From a virus (lineage: Duplodnaviria; Caudoviricetes), in the IMG/VR virus record IMGVR_UViG_3300033076_001064, positions 1 through 25,925 of that record: 25,925 nt of DNA; one strand, written 5' to 3'. How positions within the stretch are numbered: position 1 is the stretch's first letter; each line of letters begins with the position of its first letter. Under the pieces are notes generated by a model. The model saw only the letters and a list, made by a program, of their open reading frames with translations, had not been told where the DNA came from and did not search any database. This document shows positions 15,901 through 25,900 of the stretch, one piece after another. A program made the position numbers and the translations under genes.

Positions 15901-16464
15901 CAGCACTTCCTCGGCTGCCTGCAACAGGTCGTCTTGATTGGTGGCGTCGAGCCCGTACTGTTTCGCCTTGGCCAGCACGTCGCCTTTGCGCAGCGCCACG
16001 ATCTGGTCGAGGACAGGCTTCAGCGCGGAACCGTAGACGCCGCGCAGGCCGTAGTGCCCCAACCCCTCATGGAACAGCACTCTGGTGGCGTCTGCCGGGC
16101 TTTTCAGCTTGGCCGACAGATACACGGTGCCCTGATAGAAAAACCCCTCTGGCTCGCCCGTCGCGCCGCCTGAGCGTTGTTTCTGGTCGGCTGCTCTCAC
16201 CTTGGGCGGAATGGCAGGATCGCTCATGTCGGAAAACACGACAATCTTGGGAGGGTTCTTCCACGCCTTGGCCAATGATGACGCGGTATCGCGCACCATC
16301 GCCCCCTGCTCCATCGAAGGCGCAACAGCCTTGAAAGCCGAGGCAGCGCGATCCGGCAGCAGGCGCGCGAGATTGTCGCCAGACGCCAGATACGCTTTCA
16401 GCGCCGGCTTGCCTTCCAGCGTGATAGGGCCGTTAGGCGTGTTAAACGTATAGCGGCATGTCAT
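12970..16464 (-). CDS. Large polyvalent/internal virion protein with zincin-like peptidase motif and LPD38-like C-terminal region
   Basis: 1164 aa. VLFHEGLGHYG near the N-terminus. NPAFIIRNxxRD, VDFDRKG, YLFFNPAVQG and NRNSFGSQIVP patterns toward the C-terminus, with hydrophobic segments. Confidence 0.7.
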   Translation of the reverse strand: MTCRYTFNTPNGPITLEGKPALKAYLASGDNLARLLPDRAASAFKAVAPSMEQGAMVRDTASSLAKAWKNPPKIVVFSDMSDPAIPPKVRAADQKQRSGGATGEPEGFFYQGTVYLSAKLKSPADATRVLFHEGLGHYGLRGVYGSALKPVLDQIVALRKGDVLAKAKQYGLDATNQDDLLQAAEEVLSELAQTRPELGFVKRALAAIRTWLRQNVPGMGNLELSDAEIIRDYLLPARAYVENGVQTGRDMAEAAFSRSTPKPTGLTLPEQGLLRRLQASLQDNFNRVRQVQERISKMTGQPVSEYANYYGAETQRPGRIAARLEDFERGMTAPLMAKLAKSGHTIEQLSELLHAMHAEERNEAVAKINPDMPDGGSGMTTADAKKILSKYRTNATLHALADDAREIARATLDLKLAYGLIDADTYATLDVMYENYVPLKGDGEYGPKIKRAMGHEEREEFIIQNIARDYQQAVVAGEKNLARQSLAQLVLENPDPKLWTVGIPPRGRYVAGTVFSVRNGGNEIATFTSKSQVSAFLEGVGPQAAQFEVYAGGERVREFVRPLQDNEVPVYINGQLVRMQIIGDEQLASQLRPLNQGQMHPILEMMRVMNRHLARVYTGYNPAFIIRNMARDAMTGSINMIGNEGSGIAAKAWVNYPAAMKALFAYAATGKVPSGEAGVMLDEYRQNGGKTGASWMSDLEQQGKTLQRLFDDAYGATGYLKDKNYAKAASVAGRKIVGGMAHTIEVLNQATENSLRLALYMAMRKDGRSAGEAAQAAKSVTVDFDRKGTLSPALGAIYLFFNPAVQGTANAIKTLVKGKHRAQAWTTLGVLAALGFYMASQGMDDDEDRWLGESWETRSKNMLMNIGGSHISVPVSMEFAPFYAAGVAMAEGKKTGGMAAAAHVVSSFLNAYFPLQGLYIEDSDNRVLDAVGATIPTIIKPGFQIATNRNSFGSQIVPDNEFTKDRPDNLKLYRGTKGSPFEAVSQGLASAGEAMGAGRYENDISKVSPETLKMLWRTYTGGLGQFVTDLGSLANVAARDASVETSDVPIVKDFVKANDVKAIRGRYYDLVKEAHAASEEFKQAKKAGDDEAMDAILSNPDKAQMMSFDRMIRSTSKAAAEMRDAMVDINADKSLGLAEKRAKLKEIEKDEEALYRDAIAVFRD

Positions 16465-16949
16465 GAGCCCATTTCCTGATCAATCAGCAGAACGCCGGCC
16501 TCGTTCTGTCCGGCCCTCGCCAGACGGGTCAGCAGGTCGCCATATTCGCCGATGCTGGTGCGCTGGATGTCCAGGAATTGCAGCATGAACTGCTGCACCA
16601 TGGGCTGATCCGCGACCGCCTTGAACCAGCGTTCGTAGTCCTGTCCGAGCTGCAATTCAGTGTCGTAGGCGATCTCCAAAGCGTCCTGAAGGCTCGCCAC
16701 TTTGTCGGTGATCGCTTCCAGCATCGGCACCTTGGCCACCGTCCCCATGTCATTCATGAAGTCGGCGATCTTCTGGTAGTGCTCCAGCTCGTCGGCCGAC
16801 TCGGAGGCAAAGTGCTTCTGCGCCCCGAAATACCCGATGCGCTGCAACTGGTTCGCCAAGTGCCGGTAGAGGTGCGAGGCGTAAAGTTCAGCCTGTACCG
16901 CTTCGTTCAACGCGGCTTCGTTTGATTTGGAAAGGAGATTCTTCAGCAT
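16461..16949 (-). CDS. Non-heme ferritin (FtnA-like)
   Basis: 162 aa. E21, Y28, E54, H57, E98 and Q129 match the spacing of FtnA E17, Y24, E50, H53, E94 and Q127 as recalled. The C-terminus GVLLIDQEM resembles GLYFIDKEL. Confidence 0.85.
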   Translation of the reverse strand: MLKNLLSKSNEAALNEAVQAELYASHLYRHLANQLQRIGYFGAQKHFASESADELEHYQKIADFMNDMGTVAKVPMLEAITDKVASLQDALEIAYDTELQLGQDYERWFKAVADQPMVQQFMLQFLDIQRTSIGEYGDLLTRLARAGQNEAGVLLIDQEMGS

Positions 16950-19900
16950 TTGATGTCCACCAGCCCTTTGTCGTCCAGTTCTTCGAGAATATCGAAAAAT
17001 TTTTTGTCTATGTACGCAATTCTCTCACCTTCAGCCATGTTCGACAAAGCATCAAGCATGCGCGACCGTTTGCCGCCGTGATTTTCCAGCGCGTAGAAAA
17101 TCAGTTCCAGACCTGAACGGCTGGCAGCCGGTTCTTCAGGCGTTGGCTGGTCTTTCTTCTTCGGCCTGAGCTGGTCGATGATCTCGACATGGCGCGCCTT
17201 GGCGTCGGCCAGTTCCGCTTCCTGCCCCCATGGCTTGACCTGCGCTTCCAGCTTGGGGATGTCGTTGCGGTTGGTTTCTGCCTGAGAACGTGAGCGCTGC
17301 GCCTGCTCGGCCAGACTTTTGACCGTGTTCTGCAAACGAAGCGCAAGGCCGGTTGCGGACGATCCAGGTTCTGCGTCGGTCTGGTACGCCCCATTGCCCT
17401 CGACCGTCAGCACCGCCTTTTTGAGGATGCCTCTGGATACGTCATCGAGGGACAGCTTGAACCCGCCAAAGGTGCCGATCTCGCGATGGTCGTCGCCGGC
17501 TTTCAGCATGGCGTCCACGGCCTTGAGGATCGCCTCGCCGGCTTCGCCATGCTTCTCGTAGGTCGTGCCGGCAATCGTGACAGCAAACTCCTTCGGCGCT
17601 TTCGGCGCGTCGGATTCCATCACCTTGGCTTCCCTGTCGAACCGTTCCGCCTGCGCTTCCAGAGCGCGCATCCTGTCCTTGATGCGGTACTGCTCGCGAT
17701 TGTGCTCGGACTGCGCGTTCTCCAGTTTGCGGATCGCCTGACGCAGGCTCATTTCTTCGAGGATCAGCGGATTGCCGGACGATGCGGCTTTCATCTCGGC
17801 GGAATTGGCCGCTTCGCCGGCAATGTCCTCGATCTCGCGCTCATTTCCTGCGCCCTTGCGCACCTGCTCGATGAAGCGCGCCTTGGCTTCGATGGTCTGC
17901 CACATGCGGCTGTCGAGCGTCTGCTTGGTGGCGTAGCGCATGATCCGCACTTCGAAGCCTTCAGGGTCGGCCTCATAGAGCTTGTTGCCCTGGCGGATGA
18001 TGCGGCCTTCGCGCTGTTCAAGATCGGACGGACGCCATGGCGCATCCAGATGATGCAGAGCCACCAGACGCTCCTGCACGTTCATGCCCGCGCCCATCTT
18101 GGCTGTGGAGCCGAACAGCACACGGATGCGGCCGGAGCGCACCTTGCCGAACAGTTCCTCTTTCTGGAGCTCGGTATTGGCGTCGTGGATGAAGGCGATC
18201 TCGCTTTCAGGGATACCCAGCGCAATCAGCTTGGCCTTGAGATCGTCATAGACGGAGAACTTCGCATCGAGCGCCAGCAATTCATCGGGGCTCATTGCAT
18301 CGAGCTTTTCCTGTGCGGCCTCATCGCCCTGCGCTGCCGCATCCACCAGGGCTTGCAGGGCTGCGCGCTCCTTGCCGGCCGCGCCCTTCGGCGTAGACAG
18401 GTCGATGAACACAAGCTGCGTTCCTCTGTCCTTGCTCCACTGGTCGTAGATGCCCTTGATGTTTTCGGCAGCGACATTGACCTTGGAATCGGGATTGTCG
18501 GGATAGCTTGGGTCGATGAGGCGCATATCGAGCGCGGCTTTCCTCGCGTCCGACATGATCTTGAGCATGTTGTCTGCGCCCTTTTCTGCTTTCTTGGGCA
18601 GGTGCTCGGAGCGCCAGATCAGCGATCCTTCAGGGTACACTTCCTGGCCGTTGTCATTGGTCATCGGCACACCGATGTACTCGGCCTGATCGTTGGAGCG
18701 TGGAACGACGATGTTTTCAGGCTTGCCGGTCGCCACCTTGGGAACGGGCAGCTTTTTGCCCTGCGCCGCCAACTGCCGATTGATGTCGTCGCGGTTGATG
18801 ACGTCACCGAAAGACTGATACCGCTGCATCAGCTCCGGCATGTTGACGAACTTCGCGAAGCGGGAGTTCATCTTGTACTGGCCGGACGGAGACAGTTCCC
18901 AATCCGTCACCACCTCGCCAAACGTCTTTGCCCAGGCGTCGAAATGCGCGATGCCCTGTGCTTTCAGCGTGGGGTAATCCAGATACCGCTGCATGGTGTA
19001 CATTTCGGCCATGGTGTTGCTGATCGGTGTGCCTGTCGCAAACACGACATTCCGGCCGTTGGTGCGCTTCAGAACGGATTGCGTCTTCATAAACATGTCG
19101 GACGCCTTGTTCGATCCGGCTGGATTGCCGAGACCGGCGACGCGCTGCATGCCCGTGGAGAAGCCAAGGTTCTTGAACTCGTGCGCCTCATCGAGGAACA
19201 CGCCATCGACACCCAATTCACTGAAATACAGATTGTCGTCCTTGGCTCCCGTGTCGAACAGGCGCTTCAGCTTTTCCTCAAGGGCGGTTTTCTGCTTCTC
19301 GATCTGCTTGACGTTGCGGCTGTTCTTGCCCTCGGCAGCGCGCATGGCTGCAATCGATGTGTCCATGTCGCTGATCTGCTGACGGATGAAGGCTTCCTGG
19401 AACTCAGGATCGACCTCGACCTTGCCGAATGAGGAATGAGCGACGATCACCGCGTCCCAATCGCCCGTCGCGATCCGGGCAAACAGGCGCTTGCGGTTCT
19501 CCTTCTCAAAATCCTTCTTCGTAGCCGCGAGGATGTTGGCTCCGGGATAGAGCCGCATGAAATCCTCGGCCCACTGTCCGACAAGATGGTTCGGAACCAC
19601 CAGCATGGGCTTTTTCGCCAGCCCCATGCGGCGCATTTCCATGATGCCGGCAATCATCGTGAAGGTCTTGCCTGCACCGACGACATGATCCAGCAGCGTG
19701 GTTCCAGACTGCACCATGCGCCAGACCGCGTTGGCCTGATGCGGGCGCAACTGGATGATGTCGTTGCCCACCTTGCCCGGGAATGTCAGGTGCGAGCCGT
19801 CATAGTCGCGCTGCACGTCCGTGTTGAAGGTGTCGTTATAGATACGCGCCAGACGCACCCGGCGGTCGTCATCCGACCATAGCCAGTTCTTCCACTCGGC

Positions 19901-22900
19901 CTTGATGCGCGTGACCTTTTCATTGGCTGCGGTCGTAGCAGCCTCGTTCAGCGTCCGAGTGCCGTCCTGATGCTCGTCATAGACGGCGATCTGCTTCTGG
20001 TTTGCCGCCGCCTCCATGATCTTCATGACGGGCGTTCTGTCCGTGCCCCATTGCGTGGAGACGGAAGCCGGTATGCGATCCGCGCTCAGCGTCCACGATG
20101 CGGTGATCGGGTTGTAAATAGCCTTGACCGTGCCGCCTTCGGTGATGTGGCGGATAAAATCCTCCATGTCAGAGACGGGCACCCAATGCGCGCCAGTCTT
20201 GACGTCGATGTCGATAGCCTCGATGTCGGCCGGCTGCACCGCTCGCAAAGCCTCGGCGTTCTTCTCAAAGCGCGGCTGCTTGGCGGCCAGCTCAAGAGCC
20301 TGTGCCAGCTTCTTCTTCACATTGCCGGAGAGATATTCCTCACGGGTGACATAGCTGCCGGGAACATCCTCATAGATCAGCCCGTCGAGCTCCTGAGCGA
20401 TCACGTCAGGCGTTTTGCCGTAAAGGCTGGACATGTAGTCCAGATCGACCCGTCCGCGCTCTGACAGCGACGTGACCAGCGCATCCTTGGCTGAATTGGC
20501 CTTCTCTGGTGGCTTGTAGGGCGACTGTGTGCGCTTGAAGAAGATGGCGGCTTTACTGGCGGATGCCGCCCGCGCTTTTTCGCCGGTCTTCTTGGCGACA
20601 GCCGCCGAGATACCCTTGTCGAAATCGTTTTCCAGCGCGGCCAACTGCGGCCATGTCGGATCGTCGCGCATCAGACGCTTATTGGCGTCCCCATTGATCG
20701 GGCCGTTCTCCTTGACGAAAGCGTCATAGGCTGCGTTCAGGCCAGCGCGAGCATTGGCGAGAGCCTTGTCATTGACGCCATCGGTCAACTGCAAGCCGCG
20801 CACGGCGACCAACGCATCGCGCACCTTGATCATGCCGGAGACGCGCTCCTTCGCCTTCTCGTTCGGGAAGGTGACGGGCATGGCCTGCTGTTTGCCGAGA
20901 ACGTCCTCTCTGCGCTCGAAAATCTCACCGCCCTGTTCGAAAACCGAACCAATCTTGACATGCGAAACGTCGTTCAATGGCTCCACCGTCTCCCGCGTCG
21001 GTTCGGCGGTCGGTGCGTCCATGAAGTTTCTGGGCAGATGCGCGACGGCTTCACGCAGAAGCGCAGGCGTGTCCTGCCCGTCGCGCGCCACCAGGGCAGG
21101 ATCGTCTGGGGAGTACATGGAGCCATAGGCTCCGAACTCGCCCAGCATCATGTCGGGGTTGCGGATGAAATACTCGTTGAGCGGAACCGTCTTGCCGGCC
21201 TTGTCGGTGAACTGCTTGACGTCCATCCATGGCTGGCCGTTGCTGGCCTCACCTTCAGCGCGTTTGCGCATGAAGATGATGTCGGTCGTCACTTCCGTGC
21301 CGGCGTTCTTGGCGAAGGCGTTGTTGGGCAGGCGGATCGCACCGAGGAAATCCGCGCGCTCGGCCATGTAGGCGCGAGCCTTGTCACCCGCGCTGTCCAG
21401 CAGGCGGTTTGTCACCACCATGGCCAGCACACCGTTGGGCTTCACCGTATCGAGGGACTTGGCGAAGAAATAATTGTGGATCGAGAAGCCGCTGATCTTC
21501 TTGCGGTTGGGATCGTAGATGCCCTCACGCCCGAACGGTGGATTGCCGATGGCCAGATCGAAGTAGTTGTCCGGTGAGGACAAATCCTGGAAACCGACCG
21601 GAGCCTGAATGTTGGCCTGCGGATAAAGCTGCTTGGCGATGCCGCCGGTGATGTGGTCGAGCTCCACGCCGGTCAACTGGCTGGCATGGCGCAGGGCAGA
21701 CGGCATCAGGCCGAAGAAATTACCCACGCCCACGGATGGCTCCAGCACCCTGCCGCCCTGGAACCCGAAATGCTTGAGCGCGTCCCAGACTGCCGAGACG
21801 ATCTCGGTCGAGGTGTAATGCGCGTTGCGCGTCGAAGTCGCGGCTGCGGCCAGTTCTTCAGGCGTCAGCAGGGCTTTCAGCTCTGCCGCTTCCTTGTCCC
21901 AGCCCTTCGAGACCTCATTATTGTCGCGGTAGAACGCCTGTGGCAGTCCGCCCCATCCGACATACTTGGCCAGTACAGCCTGTTCGTCGCGGGTCGCGTT
22001 GCGGTTTTCGGCCTGCAACTGCTTCAGCAGGCGGATGGCGGCGACGTTCTGCTTGAACTTGGTCTTGGCTCCGCCTTCTCCGATGGCGTCCTCATCCGTG
22101 ATGATGAAGTCGTCGGCGCGATCCTGTGCGCGGGTGCCGTCAGCCGGGATCAGGTCTAGCTGTTTTCCGCCTGAAGGATTCTGTTCTGAAGCGCCAGCGC
22201 CTCCTGATACAGCTTCACCCCGGGGCTTTCCACCTCGTCTGGCGTTTCTTCTGGCGGCAAGAGTAGATACTTCTCCCGCGTCATCTCCCACGCTTCCTGC
22301 GCGCTGTACCCGGCCGCTTCCAGTTCGCTGATCTCCAGATACGTCCGTTCCGCTGCGTCCTTCAGGGCTTCTCCCAGCTTGCCCGTCCTGTTCAGTTCCT
22401 TGAACAGCCTCGGATTGTGCTCCTTCCAGCTCTCCCGAGCCAGGCTGATCCAGTTTTTGAGGTTCATTGGTGGTTCCTTCATTGTCCGTGCCGGTTGGTG
22501 AGAATGTGCTCTCCTTGCCGATAGCCCGCAACACGGCATTGAGCATGTTTGTGCGGTATGGCTCGACCAGTTCCTTCAAGGCGCGGGCGATAGCAGCGGC
22601 AGGGTCTTTTTTGTCGTCGCTCATGCGCAGGGCAAGCGCAACATTGTTGGCCAGACGATAATTACCGCCAACGGCCTTCAGGATTTCGGGATGTTCGAGT
22701 TCCGCAATGGCTGTGTTGACCTGATCAAGTTTCTGGCGGGTGCTGGCGTTCTTCACCCGGCCTTGGTTTTCGAGCTCATCCTGCAACGACGTGCGCAGAG
22801 CTTTGAGCTCGTCGAGCTTGGATGTCTCGGTGTCTTCTGGCGCGTTGAGTGCGTCAAACGCCGCTTTGGTATCCGCGACCGGGGTCATGCCCTCGGTGTC

Positions 22901-25900
22901 CATGCCGGGGTAGTTGCGCGCGGCTTCGTAGAATGACAGCAGGTAAGGCTTGATCTTGGGGCCGAAATCGTCGGTCATCACCTTGGCGTAATCCGCGAAG
23001 GATCGAACGCCGGCCTCGATGTAAGCGCCGGCAATCGTCATGCCGTCCATGACCATTTCAGGGTCAATGCCGCTGTTGAGCTGGCTCAGCTTCGACCGCA
23101 TACGGGCGCGGGCTTTCTCCACCGCATCGGCCGTGAAAATCTTGTTGTTGGCGAACAGATCGGCAGGTGGCGTGTTCTGTGCTGCGCGCAGCTTGGCCTG
23201 CCTGACGGCTTCATCAAGTCCAGCCTGATTGCGTCCCAGTCCGTTGACTGCGCGAGTGCCGTTCTCCGTCAGGTAGACGCTATCGCGCTCGGCCTGGATG
23301 TCATAACCCGGAGGCAACTGTTCGCGCGCCGCCCTGATCGCCTGCATGAAATCGACAATGCCTGAACCTTGGCCGGCAGATGGCTCTGACGCGACTGCTG
23401 TGTCCCGTTTTTCATTCGCAACAACGCGGTCTACTTCTTTTTTGGCAGCATCCAATGAATTGAACGTGCCTGAGTTCTCGATGCCGTCAGCATACGTCCG
23501 CCCCTTTATTTCCCATGTCTCTTTGCCGTTAGTTCTGGTCGGCTGGATGACGTAACCGGAATGCTCGACATCAACGCGCGTGTCGCTTGCAGAAGCCTCA
23601 TCTTCTTGGCGTCTGCCTTCCAGCCATCCGGCTTCGTACGCCGCCTTGTCCTTTTTGCTTCGAATGACGCTTCCTGGCGGTTCCATGCGGGAACCGCGAA
23701 TAGCGTGTGCCAATCCCATTTGGAAAGCATCGCTGTTGCGGTCTACGCCATCGGATTGGGCAGGCGCGTTGCTGTCTTTTCCGCCATCAGGCTTGATGAG
23801 ATCGCGGATCGCCTGATTGGCTGCCTCGTCATCCAGATCCATGTAGTAGAAATCTTCGACGGCGCTGTCGATTTGCTCAGGCGTCACGCCGGAATCAAGG
23901 GCCTTCTGGATCAGCCCGCGATCAAGGCGGTCGTACTTGCCGGCCACCGCCAGCACGGGATTGTCGATGGCGTTGTTGGCCTCGAAGAACCCGTAAGCGA
24001 AGCCTTCCGGCGTCACGCTGCGGGCGTTCTTCGTCGCCATGGACTTGCCGCCGTACTTCTTGTGCATCATCGAACCTTCGGTCGGCTCGACGGGCGCAAT
24101 CGGCAGGTCGCCATTGAAGCGGCCCCAGATCAGCGTCTTCTTGGTGTAATTGTCCCCGATGTGATTAGGGTCGAACGACAGCCGCCATGGTGGCAGTCCC
24201 GTCAAATCCTCGATGCGGCCGACAGGGTTTTCCAGAGCCCACACCGCAGGCTTGAAATACTCAATCGCAGCCAGCGTCTTTTTGACCAGTTGCACCGATG
24301 ATACGGTGCGTCCGTCCTCGTCCTTGGCCTTGAAATGACGTGCGCCAGAGACGGCAAAGTCCGTGCATGGACACGCCGCCAGAATGGCATAGACGTCCTG
24401 CCCGTCAAAATCGCCAAACCAGTCGCCAAAGAACTCGGTCGAGAACTTGGTGACATCGCCCAGGTCAGGGTCGGCCTGGATGTCAAAACGGTAGACCTGA
24501 TAACCGGCTTCTTCCCAAGGCTTCGACCATTCGCCGGAAAGATCGAACAGGGACAGTACCACCTTGTTGCTGTTGGCCGTTGTCTTGCCCTGCTTCTCCG
24601 CGTTTTTCTTCCATGTGGCGATTTCCGCCTTGGCTTCGGCCTGCGTCATCCAGCCCTTGTCGGCAACATAGACGCGCACCTTGTCCTGAAGGCGCACGAT
24701 CTCGTTCTTCTTGGGCGCGTCAAAGACATGCGTGACACCCGCATCTGCGCCGCTGTCGATACGTTGACGGAACGCGGCCGCGATCTGCTTGAGCTCGCTG
24801 ACGCTGACGCCTCGCATCTCGTCGGTCTGGACATGCTCTGGAGCGGTAGCGTTGGGGAGCGTCGATGGCTGTGATGCTGCGGCCTGACCTTGCAGGCTCT
24901 CGACGACTTCTCGCACGACATCAGCCATAGGGCCAAAGTTTTTGTCGAGGCGTTGCGCTGCTGTTTCCAGCACTTCGGCAACACTGGTTACCGTTTTTGG
25001 CTTACGCAATTCTGTGATGGCATCGCGGACAATGGCTACCGCGCTGGTTTCTGGCTCGCCACGGGAATGCAGCTTGCGTGAGTCAGACTTCTGCATCTGC
25101 TCATACAGCTTCTCCAGCCGGTCGGCTGCTGCGCGCTCGGCAGCTCCATTGATGCGAGTGCCTGGAGCATCCTGCTTTTCCTGCGGACGGAGGATGCGGA
25201 TCAGGTCTTTGATCAGTGTCGGATCGCCGGCCTTGTACTCGGCCACGGCCTGATCAATCTGGCTTTGCTGCGCTCCATAGTTTCTGAGCGATGTGACTAG
25301 GTTAGACAGCGCGCTGTCTTCTGCTACTTCTTTCTCTGCATCGGGTTGAACAGCGGCGGCCGTTTGTCCTTGGCCGGCTGACGCTCCCATTTCTTCTGTG
25401 CCTGCGGGCTGCCCGCTGGTACGCTGGTCTGTGACATTGCTAACCTCTGATGATTGTGCTGACGCCGCCTTGGCCACGATGTCCCAGCGGCCGCCCTTGC
25501 CCTTGACGGCTTCGTGCGTGTCATTCAGGCCGTTTTTCGCGATGAAATCTTTGGCCTTCACGCCGTCATTGAACCAAGCCCTGCCGGCCGCGATGCGCTC
25601 CAGCGCCTTGGGGTTTGGTGATGTTCCCGAAACAGATTTCGGTAACATGGATGCAGCCTGCGTCGGCTGGGCACTCCCGGCCCCTTCCTCCGATGCGTCA
25701 CCAGTGGGAGCAGGCTGCAAAACTTCGTCGCGCTTCTTGCGCTTCTTGATCTGCCAGCCGTCATCCTGGCCGACACTGACGCGGTATTCGTTCTCCGGGT
25801 CGTTCTTGGCGAGTGCTGCCGCCGTCTGATCGGCGACGCTGGGGGAGCTGTGAAACTCGACGTCGATCCATTCGCCGGCATTGTAGCGGGCTGTCTCGTC

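Noticed and set aside
16990-17010. A6/T5 run near the end of the DarB-like gene as a frameshift site
   Set aside because: It is not an in-frame X XXY YYZ heptamer, and the downstream genes have their own coupled starts.
17486-19432. 648-aa + strand ORF, and other long antisense ORFs (13240-14385, 2083-3096, 10302-11069, 23561-24301)
   Set aside because: These are shadow frames opposite well-supported GC-rich genes and show no recognisable motifs.
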